Below, in pieces: positions 25,262 through 36,900 of a stretch of 64,000 bases of DNA. Every line of letters begins with the position of its first letter. The stretch's first letter is position 1. This stretch comes from Oikopleura dioica (lineage: Eukaryota; Animalia; Chordata). Position numbers and translations under genes: made by a program. The notes under the pieces are model-generated. The model was not told the origin of the DNA, made no database searches, and saw nothing but the letters and a program-made list of their open reading frames with translations. Location: assembly GCA_907165135.1 (NCBI GenBank), contig OU015567.1:5084001-5148000 (forward strand). Reading direction: 5' to 3'.

Positions 25262-26228
25262 TATGCTGTTCGATGATAATAATCGTACGCCGTAAAATAA
25301 ATCAAATATATGCAAAAATATGTAAAAACCATGCTCTCGCATAAGAAAACACATGTATCAAAAATATCTATTACGAAGCCTCACAATACCCTATCGTTTC
25401 TTTTCCGCGAATTTTTCGTTGAACCGCGCGCTGTAGTTTCAAGAGTCTTGAATACTTGATGCAACTTTGTACTTGTGTCAGTATTAGCGAGGTCTTAAGA
25501 AAGGAGTGCCCCGCGTTACTCATACTTTGAAGAGTTTATGTTGTGTTTTTGCTCAGTTCATGAAATTGAGGAGCTTTGAAATATATACATTCATCTTATT
25601 CTCGAGAATGATCATTAATTTTAATTGATCTGCTGATCGCAGATGTTACTTAGAGAGAATTCAATTAACGGTTCTTGAGCGGTAAGAAATTGCAAGTGTT
25701 AATACAAGCAAATTAATTGATGACAAAGAGAGCTCTATTTTTGCAAAGAAAATCGTTGAACAAGGAGTTGAAGCACCGTAAAATTTGTAATAACAATTGA
25801 CTTGAATCGTGACTCGAAAATTGACATGTGTTAAGCAACCCTCCACATCTGCGCCTTCAATTATCGGATTCATTGAATAAAAAATTGACGTCTACAAAAT
25901 TTTCGGTCATCAAAGGTAGTACCCTTAGGGACTGAGAAAACTGATAAGGAGAAGTTTTGACCAATAAAAATCAATATTTTTGCCAAAATTGGGGTAAATT
26001 CGTCAATTTTCGGCGAAAAGTCCAATTTTCAAACGCAATTTTGAGGGTGAAGGAGTCGAGATAGACCCCCAAAAAATGAAGCCTCAAAATCCTTTTTCGA
26101 CCCGTAGAATCCATTTCCGCGGTCAAAATTTAAAAATACCGAAATTTGATTTTTCGAAAAAAGCTGACGGGGGGCCCTTAAAGCTCAAAATTGACCAAAA
26201 ACAGGGTGGAACTGGCTGAATAACTTAA

Positions 26229-29200
26229 CTAAGTTAACCCCGCGATTATCAAATTCTCCGCCCGGTTATGCTTTCCCAAGGCTTTGAAAGAGGTTCTTGG
26301 GAAGTTTTTATTTTCAACAATTTTCAATTTTTCGGAAAAAGAAGAAAAACTCCTTGTTTTTGCAAAAATGCAGCTTTGACCGCGGCCATCTTTTTCTAAT
26401 GCGCGAGCCAAATTTATGATTTTAGACCATGTTTTTGCTCGGTCGATTCGACCACGTGACTAATAGTCGAAAAAGTTGACCTTCTAGTTCAAGAAACAAG
26501 CGTTTTTTCTTCGAGTTGCAAAGTGGCACCTGCCAAGAAGAATTTCACAAATCCGATCAGAGCGATTTCGATCAGGCCCCACTCCCTGGCAATATTTTCA
26601 TCCCTCCCGCGATAATCATGTTTTACAACTTGGCCAGTCCTACGAAGGTACGTCGCTTATTCGACGTTTTTAATGATAAGACTAGAAGTAATTAAAATTT
26701 TTATCTTATCGCGCAAACCATAATTTGAGCTGATTTTTGGAAAAAACGTTCCATAAAACCGCTGACATCAAATTCAATGTAGAAATTATTAATTTTTGGC
26801 GATGTTCGCGAAAAATCGTCTTTTTGTATAAAATATTTTGAGAGCAAATTTTGCTACCGGATTTGCAAATTGTCGTCCAGAGTTCAAGTGAAATTAGAAA
26901 TTAGGAAGTTTTGCATTCAAATAAAACGCAGAAAAAATTTGCTTGTGCTGTCGATTAGTAATTTTTGATGAAAAATTTTCTGAAAAAATTCTTCGAAATT
27001 TTTAATTTTGGCTTCCAAAAGAAATTGATAAAGGTCTGATTTTATTATTTCTGAAAAAAAATAAGGGTGTCACTATGTAAATTGTTGGAGAAAAAGCTGA
27101 AGGAAAATTGCGCTTTTTGATTTATACCCCCTTAAAATCGACCTGTCAAATTTCAAAAGTCACTATCGAAACCGCAATGTGTCGAGCACGTTTCGAGTCC
27201 TTGCATATCTCGAAATATATTTCCCCTCAAAAGTGGTATTCTAGCACTGATAACTGAAGTTAGTCGTCGCGCTTTCTCCTGCTGCTCGAGGTCGAGCAGG
27301 TCAGATAGCGCGGCGACCCGCTTTTGTTGTAGATATTCAGTGATTTGACAGGGCGAGCGCTCTCGGCATGCGCGATATGCTAACAACAGGCGAGCCTAAA
27401 TGCGTTCCGAGGTAATTATCGCAGCCGCTGCTTCCGGCTCAGGGTTAACCCAAGAATAAAATGAGCCAGGGAGGTGGAATTTAAAAGGCCCTTGTTTATT
27501 CCTTTATGCAACTTTCGCCTTTGCTCGACATTCAATGAAAATAACCTGATTCAGGATTTTTCGGCAGGTTGCCGAGCCCTGAGCCAGATAAATAAGGGCG
27601 TGTCGTTGATAAGAAGATTGTTCAAAATTTGTCAAAATAAATCTTGCCATTCTGATCGCTCTATTTTTTGATTATGATAATATACTTTCATTAATAGTTT
27701 ATTTCTCTTGCTCAAGAAAAGAGAACAAAATTGAGGGTATTATTATTCCCCTGGTTCCTTGTAAAAACATGTCAAGTCTGGCTAAACCGGAAAGACAAAG
27801 TTTCCAGAAGCGCTGCCCTGTGTTTTTGAAAGCGAGGGATGAGCCAAAACCTGCGACGACCGGGTTCAGGATTTGCGAAGGAAGCGCTCGAAAGATAATT
27901 TTTCGCTCTGTTCCGATAAGTCGTGGATTTGGAAAGAGGGCTTGACCGGGCGGCGAAAAATTCTTTAGAGCATCATGCGCTTTGATAAGGCTGATAAGGC
28001 TTGTCGACAGGAATGTAGTGTAAACGTGAATATGAGAAGATTTACAGTAGTTTACTCAAAAGCCAGAAAAACCTTGAATGAAAGCTGCGGCCTCTTCGAG
28101 CGGCTTTTTTCGAGCGGCTTTTTTCGAGCGGCTTTTTCGAGCACGAAAAACGCAAAATCAATAACTTTCCAATTCAGAAAAAAAATAGAATGTTTTTTCT
28201 AAATGACACGTCTTAGAGCAACTCGAGTCGCTCTAGAACCACGCACCTTGACCACCACAGTCGAGGACCGCAGGAAATGCAGATAAGAGCCCATAATAGC
28301 TGTTCCAATTCTGATAAGGTCGATGTGCATATTTGGCTTTTGATCAACATCGCCCGCGAAAAGTTCAACTCCTTTCTTTCTCCAAAAAGCAGAAAATTTT
28401 TCATTTTCGCATTTTACGATTTTGTTTTTGCGGCTTTTTCGTTTTCGTTAATTCGTAAATACGAATGAAAAAAATGCGGAGAAGCGCATGTTTCTATTCC
28501 TTGTCACGTGGAACGCGAGAGGCATGTTTCTAGAGAAGGAGCTCCTTGCTTTGGATTTTTATTAAAATTCCAAGGTGATTGCAGCTTGTAGAAAATTGCA
28601 CCCAGGAGCGTTAAATTCAATCCAATCTCATTTTTCAAAGGAACAATTTTTTTTCAAAATTTGTTTCTTGGAGTTCAAATATCTCGGAAGAAAAAATGCC
28701 CACCCCCTCAAAAAACTGGCGAGGGTTCTTTCAGCCAATCAGAAACCGGAATTTTCGCGTCAGCCAATCAGAAGTCCGTATTCTCCCGAAAGCCAATCAG
28801 AAGCCAGTATTTTCAGATCAGCCAATCACGGACGAACATACCCCCCCCCCCATTTTGGACCGCCCGCTTTCCCCCCCCCCTAGCTCCTGACCAGGTAGGT
28901 TAAACTTTCCTGCTCGGAGAGGAGCAATGCTTGTTACGTTAATTTTAACATTCCATTTGTTTCAGTCTCTCTATCCTCCGCGTTGTTCACATTCCTTTGT
29001 CTTTATACTTCCCAGTACACGTGTTTTATCTGCCCGCATTATCTCTGTCTGCATTTCTACCCGGCTTTCATTTTTACAGGCAATTCTAGCTCCCTCTGAG
29101 TGAAACTGAATTCTCAACTTCAACAAACACGAAACATAGAAAAAGAGACAGAAAAAGGAAGGTTTGTTTTCGGGTCAGAAACGGCGCTTAGCAAAAATCT

Positions 29201-29636
29201 CCTCCAACGTTTCGTAAAATCCTTGATGGGTCAACAAAAAGAGCGAGTTTATCGAAAGTTCGTGGTATGAAGATATTTTAAGAATATCCGTGCCATCAAA
29301 ACTGGTTCATTCTTTTAGATACCCAAGAATTGTGAAACCTGATCGTTTCAAAAATTAACATGGGTATACCCTTAATTATTTGATGACTAATATGATCTAA
29401 AATCGGAAAGCCGCTCGCGGCTTCGAGTGAAAAAATTTTAGCCGCTAAAAGCGCGGCTTTATTCTTTTTGCTCGAAGCCGCAAGCGGCTTCTCGATGTAT
29501 GACCATATTACTCCTCATATAATTAAGGGTTTCCCCATGTTATTTTTGAACGAAAATGATAACAGTCCAAAATACAACAAAATTATCTTGATAACAAACC
29601 TGAAACAGCTGAAAAAGCAGCGACAAAGAGCTTCAT
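26229..29636 (-). CDS. possible uncharacterised multi-exon gene
   Basis: Exon-like frames with splice sites: MKLFVAAFSAVS|gt (ATG 29636), AGDVDQKPNMHIDLIRIGTAIMG, ITEYLQQKRVAALSDLLDLEQQEKARR, HDYRGRDENIAREWGLIEIALIG. Not fully joined. Confidence 0.35.
28097..28142 (+). repeat. 14-bp tandem repeat CGAGCGGCTTTTTT x3.4
   Basis: Direct reading; the unit contains the GCGGCTT half of the family B hairpin. Confidence 0.85.
28730..28830 (+). repeat. 29-bp tandem repeat with four CCAAT (AGCCAATCA) boxes
   Basis: CCAAT at 28735, 28764, 28793 and 28822, exactly 29 bp apart. Confidence 0.8.
29344..29552. mobile_element. MITE with AACATGGG(TAT)ACCCTTAATTAT TIRs enclosing three GCCGC hairpins
   Basis: CATGGGTATACCCTTAATTAT vs ATAATTAAGGGTTTCCCCATG (2 mismatches); the inverted repeat extends about 15 bp further out. 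Confidence 0.7.
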
Positions 29637-30022
29637 TTTCTTTCTTTCTTCCGTTCTTTTCTTCTTGTTCTTTTTTCAAGTTCTCTCTCTTTCTTATTCT
29701 TCTTCGTTATTAGTCTTCTTTAAACTCTAACGAATGGAGCGATTAAAAAAGCAGCAAAAACAAGGAGCGAAAGTCAATGCTTTTCAGAAGCAAGGTACTC
29801 TTCGTACTTTTTTTCCCGGCTCGCGGGAGCGGGGCCGCAACCTGGCGAAGGTCCTCCGCGCGGTGGCGTGCTCTAGAATTTTTTACGAAAGGAGAGAGAG
29901 GGAGAGAGCTGGTCGAGGCAGCCAAGGAAAGCCAAAAGGTCGAGAAGCTTGTTTTTTACGCCCCAGGGAGGAAAATTTATGATTTAACATTTTCAAGCTT
30001 CCTGATTTTTTCACTCAATTAA

Positions 30023-31247
30023 TCAAATTTTGAAGAAAATCCGCAAGAAGAGAAAAATCGGCAGAAACAGTAATTGAGGCCCTTGAGCCGATGAATATTT
30101 TCCTGGAGATTCTGGACTTGGATTTTCAATAAGTGGCGTTCCAACGATTTCCGTTCCTTTGATTTGAGCTTCGTCGACAATCTAAAAAGTACTTTTTTCT
30201 GTGATTTTCAGAAAATCTTACCAATTTGACGCCATCCATTTCGATAACGACTGGGTTCTCCGGGGCTTCGATGGAAATTGTTTGCGAGATTGAGCTTCTT
30301 GGCTTGATTTCTAAAGCTTTTTGATTCGGTCCTCCTCCAGCAGAATTTTGTTGGGAAGAGGATGATGCCGTGTTTTCGTCTTTGATTATTTTCGCGTTTC
30401 CGATCGGTGGGGTTGCATCGCAATTTGTGAGTTCATCCGCGCAGCTTTTGCAGAAAACGACTAAAAAAGTTAGATCTTATTCTTTCGAGTTTTTACCTGT
30501 GCAAACAATTTGCATTTCATCCGATTGTTCTGTCGACGAAACAGCAGCAACTGTAACTTTTTTTGAAAGACCGTCTATTCCAAATTGAAGGACGTCCCAA
30601 TTGTCGTTTGTACATCCATCTTTAACAAAATATGCCCCGTTGACGCTGCAGGAATCGACCCGGAATTGCCTAGAAAATCAGAAAATTGATACATTTTTGG
30701 TTTTCCTGGTACCCGAGATTTTGAATGATATCGTCGAAAACCAGTGTTATCGGTATTCCAGGAGCAAGTGGGACAGTTGGGTCGTAATCTTGACCATTTG
30801 GGAGTTCCATTTTCGGTTGATCAGCTAACAAAATGTTGAAAAATAAAGAAGCGAAAGATTCTTACGCTTAACTGCGTCAATATTCGATTCCGGCAGATCT
30901 GTATTCACGCTTTGTATTTTGATCGCATCGACATCAACCGTTCCATATCGCTCAGTAACGCATTGGAAGGTGTACCCGAAGATGGTCCGTTCAGCTCCAA
31001 GTTGAACAGCTTCTTCTGGCGCTTGTTTTTCAAAAGTCACAGAGTATCGGATTTTATCTTCTTTATCGAGAGATGGGTCACTTTTAAAGTATTCGATTTC
31101 CAAGCATTCTGTATCAGAAAAAGCAAGGTCGAAAATATAATATTCACTTGATTCTCCTCCTTCAAGCGGCATAGAAGATGGATTTGGATCGAAATTACAG
31201 TAATAACTTGAGAGAGGATTAAAGAAACTATTAAATTTTCGTCTCAT
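30023..31247 (-). CDS. zona pellucida (ZP) domain protein with GPI-anchor-like C-terminus; 5' exons unresolved (possibly 31278-31782 and beyond)
   Basis: Spliced: IRYSVTFEKQ...FGYTFQCVTERY (ZP-N) | LVFDDIIQ | WQFRVDSCSVNGAYFVKDGC...MQIVCT | VFCKSCADELTNC (ZP-C). Ends SSAQGPQLLFLPIFLFLRIFFKI*. Confidence 0.75.
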
Positions 31248-32475
31248 CTTAATAATAATTCATTAACAATATATTTCTTAGCCCTCCATTGTAGTTTTAT
31301 TGTTGACGAGTTCTGATATATCTTTCAATACTGGGAACTCTAATTGAACGCATTCGAGATGAAAGGCAATGAAAATGTTCGGATATGATGCGGCGCAACC
31401 AAAATAGATAGAATAACTGTCACGCCAGTTACTGCTATAACCGCTGTTTGCAATACTCAAAAGATCACATCGTCTTTTTACATCTTCAGTGTCCATCTTT
31501 TTTCTCTCAAATTTTCCTTTCTCTTTTCAAGAAGATTTCTTTTTCATAATCTTAGCGATAAAACACTGGGCGCCTCTTCTGATAATAATGACCATATTTT
31601 ATGATCAGTACTCGGCAGCTTACGTTTTCGTTCAATAAAAATTCTAAGCAAGATGCGCCGGATGAGATTTTTTGTCCGAACCAGGCTGATAGGTTCAAAG
31701 CACATTTATCGCCGCCCTGATAAAGTGGCATATCGCTGCTTATCAGCTTCCATAAGCTCCTCTTCTCAGTAAAACTCAGCACTTTTTTCTTGACTCGAAA
31801 TCTTAGAGAAAGTCTCCTGGAAATTCAGTTTTTTGGGAGTTTTCGCTAAAATAGACAAAAATGGACCGAAAATTCGATTCTTCGAGACAAATTTTTTTCT
31901 GTGATCTGATTGGCTTGACGGCCAAACGCGGACATTTGATTGGTCGAAAATTTTGCCAATTTTTAAATAAAAATTTTCCGTTTTTTGATCTCATTTTTGA
32001 TATTTCTACTCAAAACGTCCCTTTCCCGCGGAGAAACCGTATTTATTCTAGTTGTAATCTCTAAGTTAGAAATTAATGATTGGATTAGAGTCGATTGAGG
32101 CTAAAAACAACTTGGTTTGGTTAACACCGATTACGAGAAAAGAGAGAAAAGTTTAATTGAAAAAGCGCGTCAAGTTTTGTTACCAAACCCTTCAGAGAAA
32201 ACCCCCATTTTGAAAACAAGATTTGCGCTGAAATCCTCCCGAGATCCTTAATCGACAATGAAAGAACCTCATAATAAAGTTTGTGTGTTGTTGAAACACG
32301 GGCGCGAGCATGATTTCTCTTGTCAAACCAAACAAGGAATTAATGGATGAGTATTTACAGATTTAGAAAAAAGGGATAAGAACTTTTGCCTTTTTGTTTT
32401 ACAAATACTTGCTTATTCAATTTTCCATCAATATTATGTTAAAAATAGCCCTATTTCAATACTAGCTTCAATAGA

Positions 32476-32735
32476 TGCAGCTCGGCAACCTGTATAGAAA
32501 GCCTGAGTCAGGGTCTGAAAGAGCTGAAATAAAAAGCCGCACAGCGGCTTTTTCAAAACGAAGCCGCGAAGCGGCTCTATCAATATAATATTGATATAAT
32601 GAAAATTTTTGGTTGATTAAAATCATAAGATTAGCGAAGCCGCTTTGCGGCTTCGTTTTTGAAAAAGCCGCTGCGCGGCTTTTCATTTCAGCTCTTTCAG
32701 ACCCTGACTCAGGCTTTCTACACAGGTTAAGGGCT
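32476..32735. mobile_element. family B hAT MITE, most complete foldback copy
   Basis: About 100-bp inverted arms, AACCTGTATAGAAAGCCTGAGTCAGGGTCTGAAAGAGCTGAAAT..., each with two AAGCCGC-N3-GCGGCTT hairpins. Confidence 0.85.
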
Positions 32736-33499
32736 TCCCGACGAAAAATCCCCTCTTTTTTTAATCTTTTTAAAAAGTGTGAGAAATCAGACTTCACCTC
32801 AATAAATTAATTTTTCTTGTAAAAGTCTGGTAGGTGCGTTTTGGCTTAGCCAGTTCAAGACGATTACGCTGCACCTGACTTTTGGCGAGTGTTCTTTTTT
32901 TGGCGCTCACGTGGCTGCGAAAGAAAGATACACTCCGGAAGAACATTTTTATTAAAAATTTTAGCCAAGAAAGTTGCGGAAATTTCTGAAATGGGAACAC
33001 CAGGGTTGTTTTTTGAGCCGAAAACAGCCTGAGCTGGAAAGGACGATGTATCTTCCACAGTAGCAGCGGTTCATTACTGGTATCTGGCGGCGAGACGGTC
33101 TGAAGTGCTTTTTTAAAAATATTTTATTTAATAAACTTGTTTAATTTTCTTTCTAAAAACATCGTGTTTTAAACAGTTTTGTCAACACCAAAAACGCGTG
33201 TTTCAAAAAAAAAACCGATCATTAGTAACATTCTCTAGTACAGGAATACGGCACGACTCATCAACATGCGCACTAATGAATATGCAAAGCCGAAGGTACC
33301 TCCTTCGTTTGGATTAGCGCTTCCGGATTTCGCTCACGTGCACGACATGGCCTCTACGAAAATAAACTATAGCGAGATGATAGTATGATCGATTCACGGA
33401 AGCGTCTTTATGTCCAAAATTAAAAATGAAAAAAATTGATGGTCTTTTTGATAAACTGTCAGCAAATTTCCTGAATGTGGAACTGACTTTGTCGATTGA

Positions 33500-33669
33500 C
33501 TGAACTCAGGAACCTGTGTAGAAATCTGAGTCAGGGTTTCAAATATATTGTGATGGAAATTTTGGCAAAGCCGCAAAGCGGCTTTATTTTTGAAAAAGCC
33601 GCTAGGCGGCTTTTCATTTTAGCTCTTCCCAACCCTGACTCAGGTTTCTAACACAGGTTTCAGGCCTTG
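33500..33669. mobile_element. family B hAT MITE, asymmetric deletion copy
   Basis: AACCTGTGTAGAAATCTGAGTCAGGG ... two hairpins ... CCCTGACTCAGGTTTCTAACACAGGTT. Confidence 0.8.
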
Positions 33670-34527
33670 TCACAAACACGTGATATCCGGACAAAAAATA
33701 TTTCTGGGAAATAACAGTCTCGCATTTATTCTTCGAAAGCCACTTTTTCTTATTTTCCTGCACTCGAAAAGCCCTTTGCTTACAAATATTTCTACCTGTA
33801 TCGTGTTTGCCATGCTCTCCCGTCCCTCCGATTTGGAATCAGTCTCGCTTCAGAAACGTGTCCAAGCATCAAAAAAGTTAAAAAGTGATTTAAAAAATTC
33901 ATTTTTTTTGCTTCTTTTTTGAGAAAATTATACTAAAAGTGATAATAACGCTGCTAAAGGCGGATAAAGAAAACCGGGCAGCTGAATCATTTTTTAGAAA
34001 ATTGGAGATTTGAAGATCCTGTTTTCTCAGAGGATTTTCGAAAGTTCTGTAATGTTTTTTCGCTAGCTGACCTAGTTGAGGTAACAAAAATTGAAGAAAT
34101 GAAAAATGCGACATTCGGAGCATTTGGGACGTTTGGGGACATTCGGGACATTCAGAGACATTCAGAGACATTTCGGGACATTTGAGGACATTCGGAAACA
34201 TAACAAGCTTCAATTTTGGAAACTTCTTTGGGGAAAGTGGGAAAGTTCAAATTTCTTGCACTTAGCAATTTAAATTTCTGAGACCGGGGACTTGAAATTT
34301 GTACATGCGTATTTTTTGAGAAAGGAGAGCGAATCGTGCAAGTTTGACTTCGAATCAGCGCGGAATGTGCGAGTCGGACGGTAGCTGTTAACCGCGGCTG
34401 GTATGCAACACCACCACCACTGCACATTATTGCGCACGCGGAAATATGGTCAATTGGGGGATTAAGCGTTTCGGGCTTTCACTCGCTCGAACTTTTGCTT
34501 CGAAGGAATTCGCATTTACTTTATTTA

Positions 34528-35200
34528 CTAATACCAAGCCAAATAACCGAGCCAAATACACCAGTTCAAGAACAGTACAGCTAGACTGCAGATCGAAATA
34601 AATATGTTCAGTACAGTTATCGCTTTGAAACTGGAATATTTCTTGGTCATTTTGAGAATATACAGGCTGTTTGAAATGGACGAGAAGATGGTGACTATTT
34701 GAAGAACGTAGTTGACGGTAATCATGAATGGAACGCACCAAAGAATTGGGCCGACAAAAGCTAAAATATGATAAGCTGACCCTCATTTTCCAAGGTGAAC
34801 TCACCAAGTATGATCGTCGAAAAAGTAGTGTCCCTGACTATTATATAATTTTTGTCCATTTTTTGACTATTTATGACTTCGAATTGAATGTGCTGGAAAT
34901 ATAAAACCAATATTATGAAGCCAAAAATAAGTTTGCTTATAAGAGACATCAAAATACCAAAAACATGTAAGTAATTATTGATGATTTTTCAAATCGATTT
35001 TCAATGCCCTCCTGAAGTCGAAAATAATTGCCAGTCCAGGCGAACAAAAACCAGGGAAGGAATCTTTCGAAAAAAAATTCGTCATTTCTCTCAATTTGCT
35101 CTGTGCTAGAGAATCTGTAAATGATCTTATAGCTCAAGCAAAAGAGGGATAATTGATGTTTAATACCAATGGTGTTTAAAGAGCGAAGAAATTCTGACAT
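34528..35200 (-). CDS. small multi-pass membrane protein, tandem paralog B
   Basis: Exons DEFFFERFLPWFL... | IFGFIILVLYF... | AFVGPILWCVPFMITVNYVLQIVTIFSSISNSLYILK...NIFISICSLAVLFLNWCIWLGYLAWY*. Confidence 0.6.
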
Positions 35201-35266
35201 CGTTTTATTTAATTGCAATTTAAACAAAGGCTACTGAAGGGTCGATTTGTCAGTTTTTTATTTAAT

Positions 35267-35820
35267 TCAAAGCCAGTAAAGCCAAGCGCACCAGTTGAAC
35301 AGAACAACAAGCAAGCAACCGATGATGATGAAAATATTACAAAACTGCATGCAATGAATCGGTGACCGTTTGATTTTTAGTTGAGAAAGATAGGAAAAGC
35401 TCGCAATCGCTGCGTAAATCGTTTGAAGTTGGGCAAGGAAGTTCCATTTCATCCAAAGAATCCAAAACGGAATCCACCAAAGTAACGCCGCGGAAAACGC
35501 TAGACTTGTAATGAATTTCAATGCGCTCTATTTCTTCCTGAAAAATATTGTTCCAATGCTCCAGTATCTCATCATTCCGTACAAGCGATCATCTTCCTCA
35601 GCATAGTCAATTCGCCGCAAGCAGCAGAGCATAATCGACATAAGGATGGAAAAGAAAAGCTTGCTTTTCAAGGCGTTTTCAAAATTTTGAAAGATAAATA
35701 AAAAATAACACTGTTTATAAAAGCCTAACAGTAGTCAACAATAAAGGCAATTCCAGGCAAGCAAAGAGCATATCGAACTTCTTTTTCAACAAAAAAGTCA
35801 TCAAGCATCTCTATCATTTT
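35267..35820 (-). CDS. small multi-pass membrane protein, tandem paralog A
   Basis: DDFFVEKEVRYAL... | FSILMSIMLCCL... | AFSAALLWWIPFWILWMKWNFLAQLQTIYAAIASFSYLSQLK...NIFIIIGCLLVVLFNWCAWLYWL*. Colinear with paralog B. Confidence 0.6.
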
Positions 35821-36900
35821 GAGTTTTCCAAAAGGTCCATGCATTTTGCAGGGCATTCAATTACAGTAATTGACTGACAAATACCAATCTAATAAATCCG
35901 TCTGTTTTAGGATTTTTAGGAGCTCTAGGAACGCTGAAAATGCTAACTTGACTACTGTTTTATTTTACCTCAAATAGCGGTTTGATAGTCAAATCTTTAT
36001 TGTAGTGTTTCAACTGTAAGAAAGAGGAATAACCGTTTTGGTTATCCCGGCAGCCACTCGTGGGAACTAAGCGAGCCACTCAAAAAGGTAATTGGCGTTA
36101 TGCTTTCAGCGGAAATCTAGTTTGAGAAGCAACATTTCTTTCTTTCTTAGTAATCTGTATTTCTATCCAGTCGTTTAGGCTATGTAACAATACTGCGCAA
36201 TTAAAACAAGAGTGGTATCAAAGAAGAAAATGGGAGTTCAATGTGGATTATTAGAAAGAAGCAATTTGATCAATTAAAAATTGTCCCCAGCAATTATTTC
36301 TGCGATAATCGGGATTGAAACACAAAACATCCGAATTATTGTTTTGTCAAAGCAGTTTTCAATAATTTTGTTTTGTACTATTCATCGATAATCGCATCAA
36401 AACACTCGAAGCCCATTTCAAGGGCAAATTCATCGTCGACTTGAGTATCACGTGACAGGGAGCAGTCATGATCACTGTATGTCGTCGTACTAAAAAATGG
36501 TTGATAAAAAAATCAGAAAAATTTTAGGGTACTGAATTGTGCCACCCTGCGCCGCTCTACGCCGCCCTGGGCCGCCCGGTCCGAAACCATCCGGCTTTCA
36601 TCCGACCCGGCGCAAAGCGGCGCAGGCCGGCAGAATTCAGTTTCTCCCGAAAAATTAATCATAACTTTCCTCATGATACTTTCGCTCTCGAAATCTTCAA
36701 TTTTGTAAATATCGTCGTAATAATAATACGCTATGAAATCATGTTACTAACCAACTTTTCTCGATTAACCTGATTGTTCATTGACATCATCAAGATCCCT
36801 ATAAGCCGCGCTGTCATTTGAGTGGTTCGACAACAAATCCATTTCGAGTTCTTGTGCAGCTTTATTTTCATGTCGTTTTAACAACAATTCAAACACGTAA

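Noticed and set aside
24830-25354. 174-aa and 144-aa overlapping ORFs
   Set aside because: They span MITE family C and low-complexity A/T tracts; not protein-like.
27150-27480. Structured GC-rich island (hairpin 27264-27318, TAACCCT and H/ACA-like motifs on the - strand) as telomerase RNA, SRP RNA or pre-miRNA
   Set aside because: The template match is only 7 nt and sits in a self-pairing stem, SRP conserved motifs are absent, and the - strand reads as a plausible coding exon. An Infernal/Rfam search would settle it.
27760-28060. Possible reverse-transcriptase fragment (LISLIKAHDAL resembling LDLxKAFD)
   Set aside because: No other RT motifs (QG, YADD) nearby; more likely an exon of the orphan gene.
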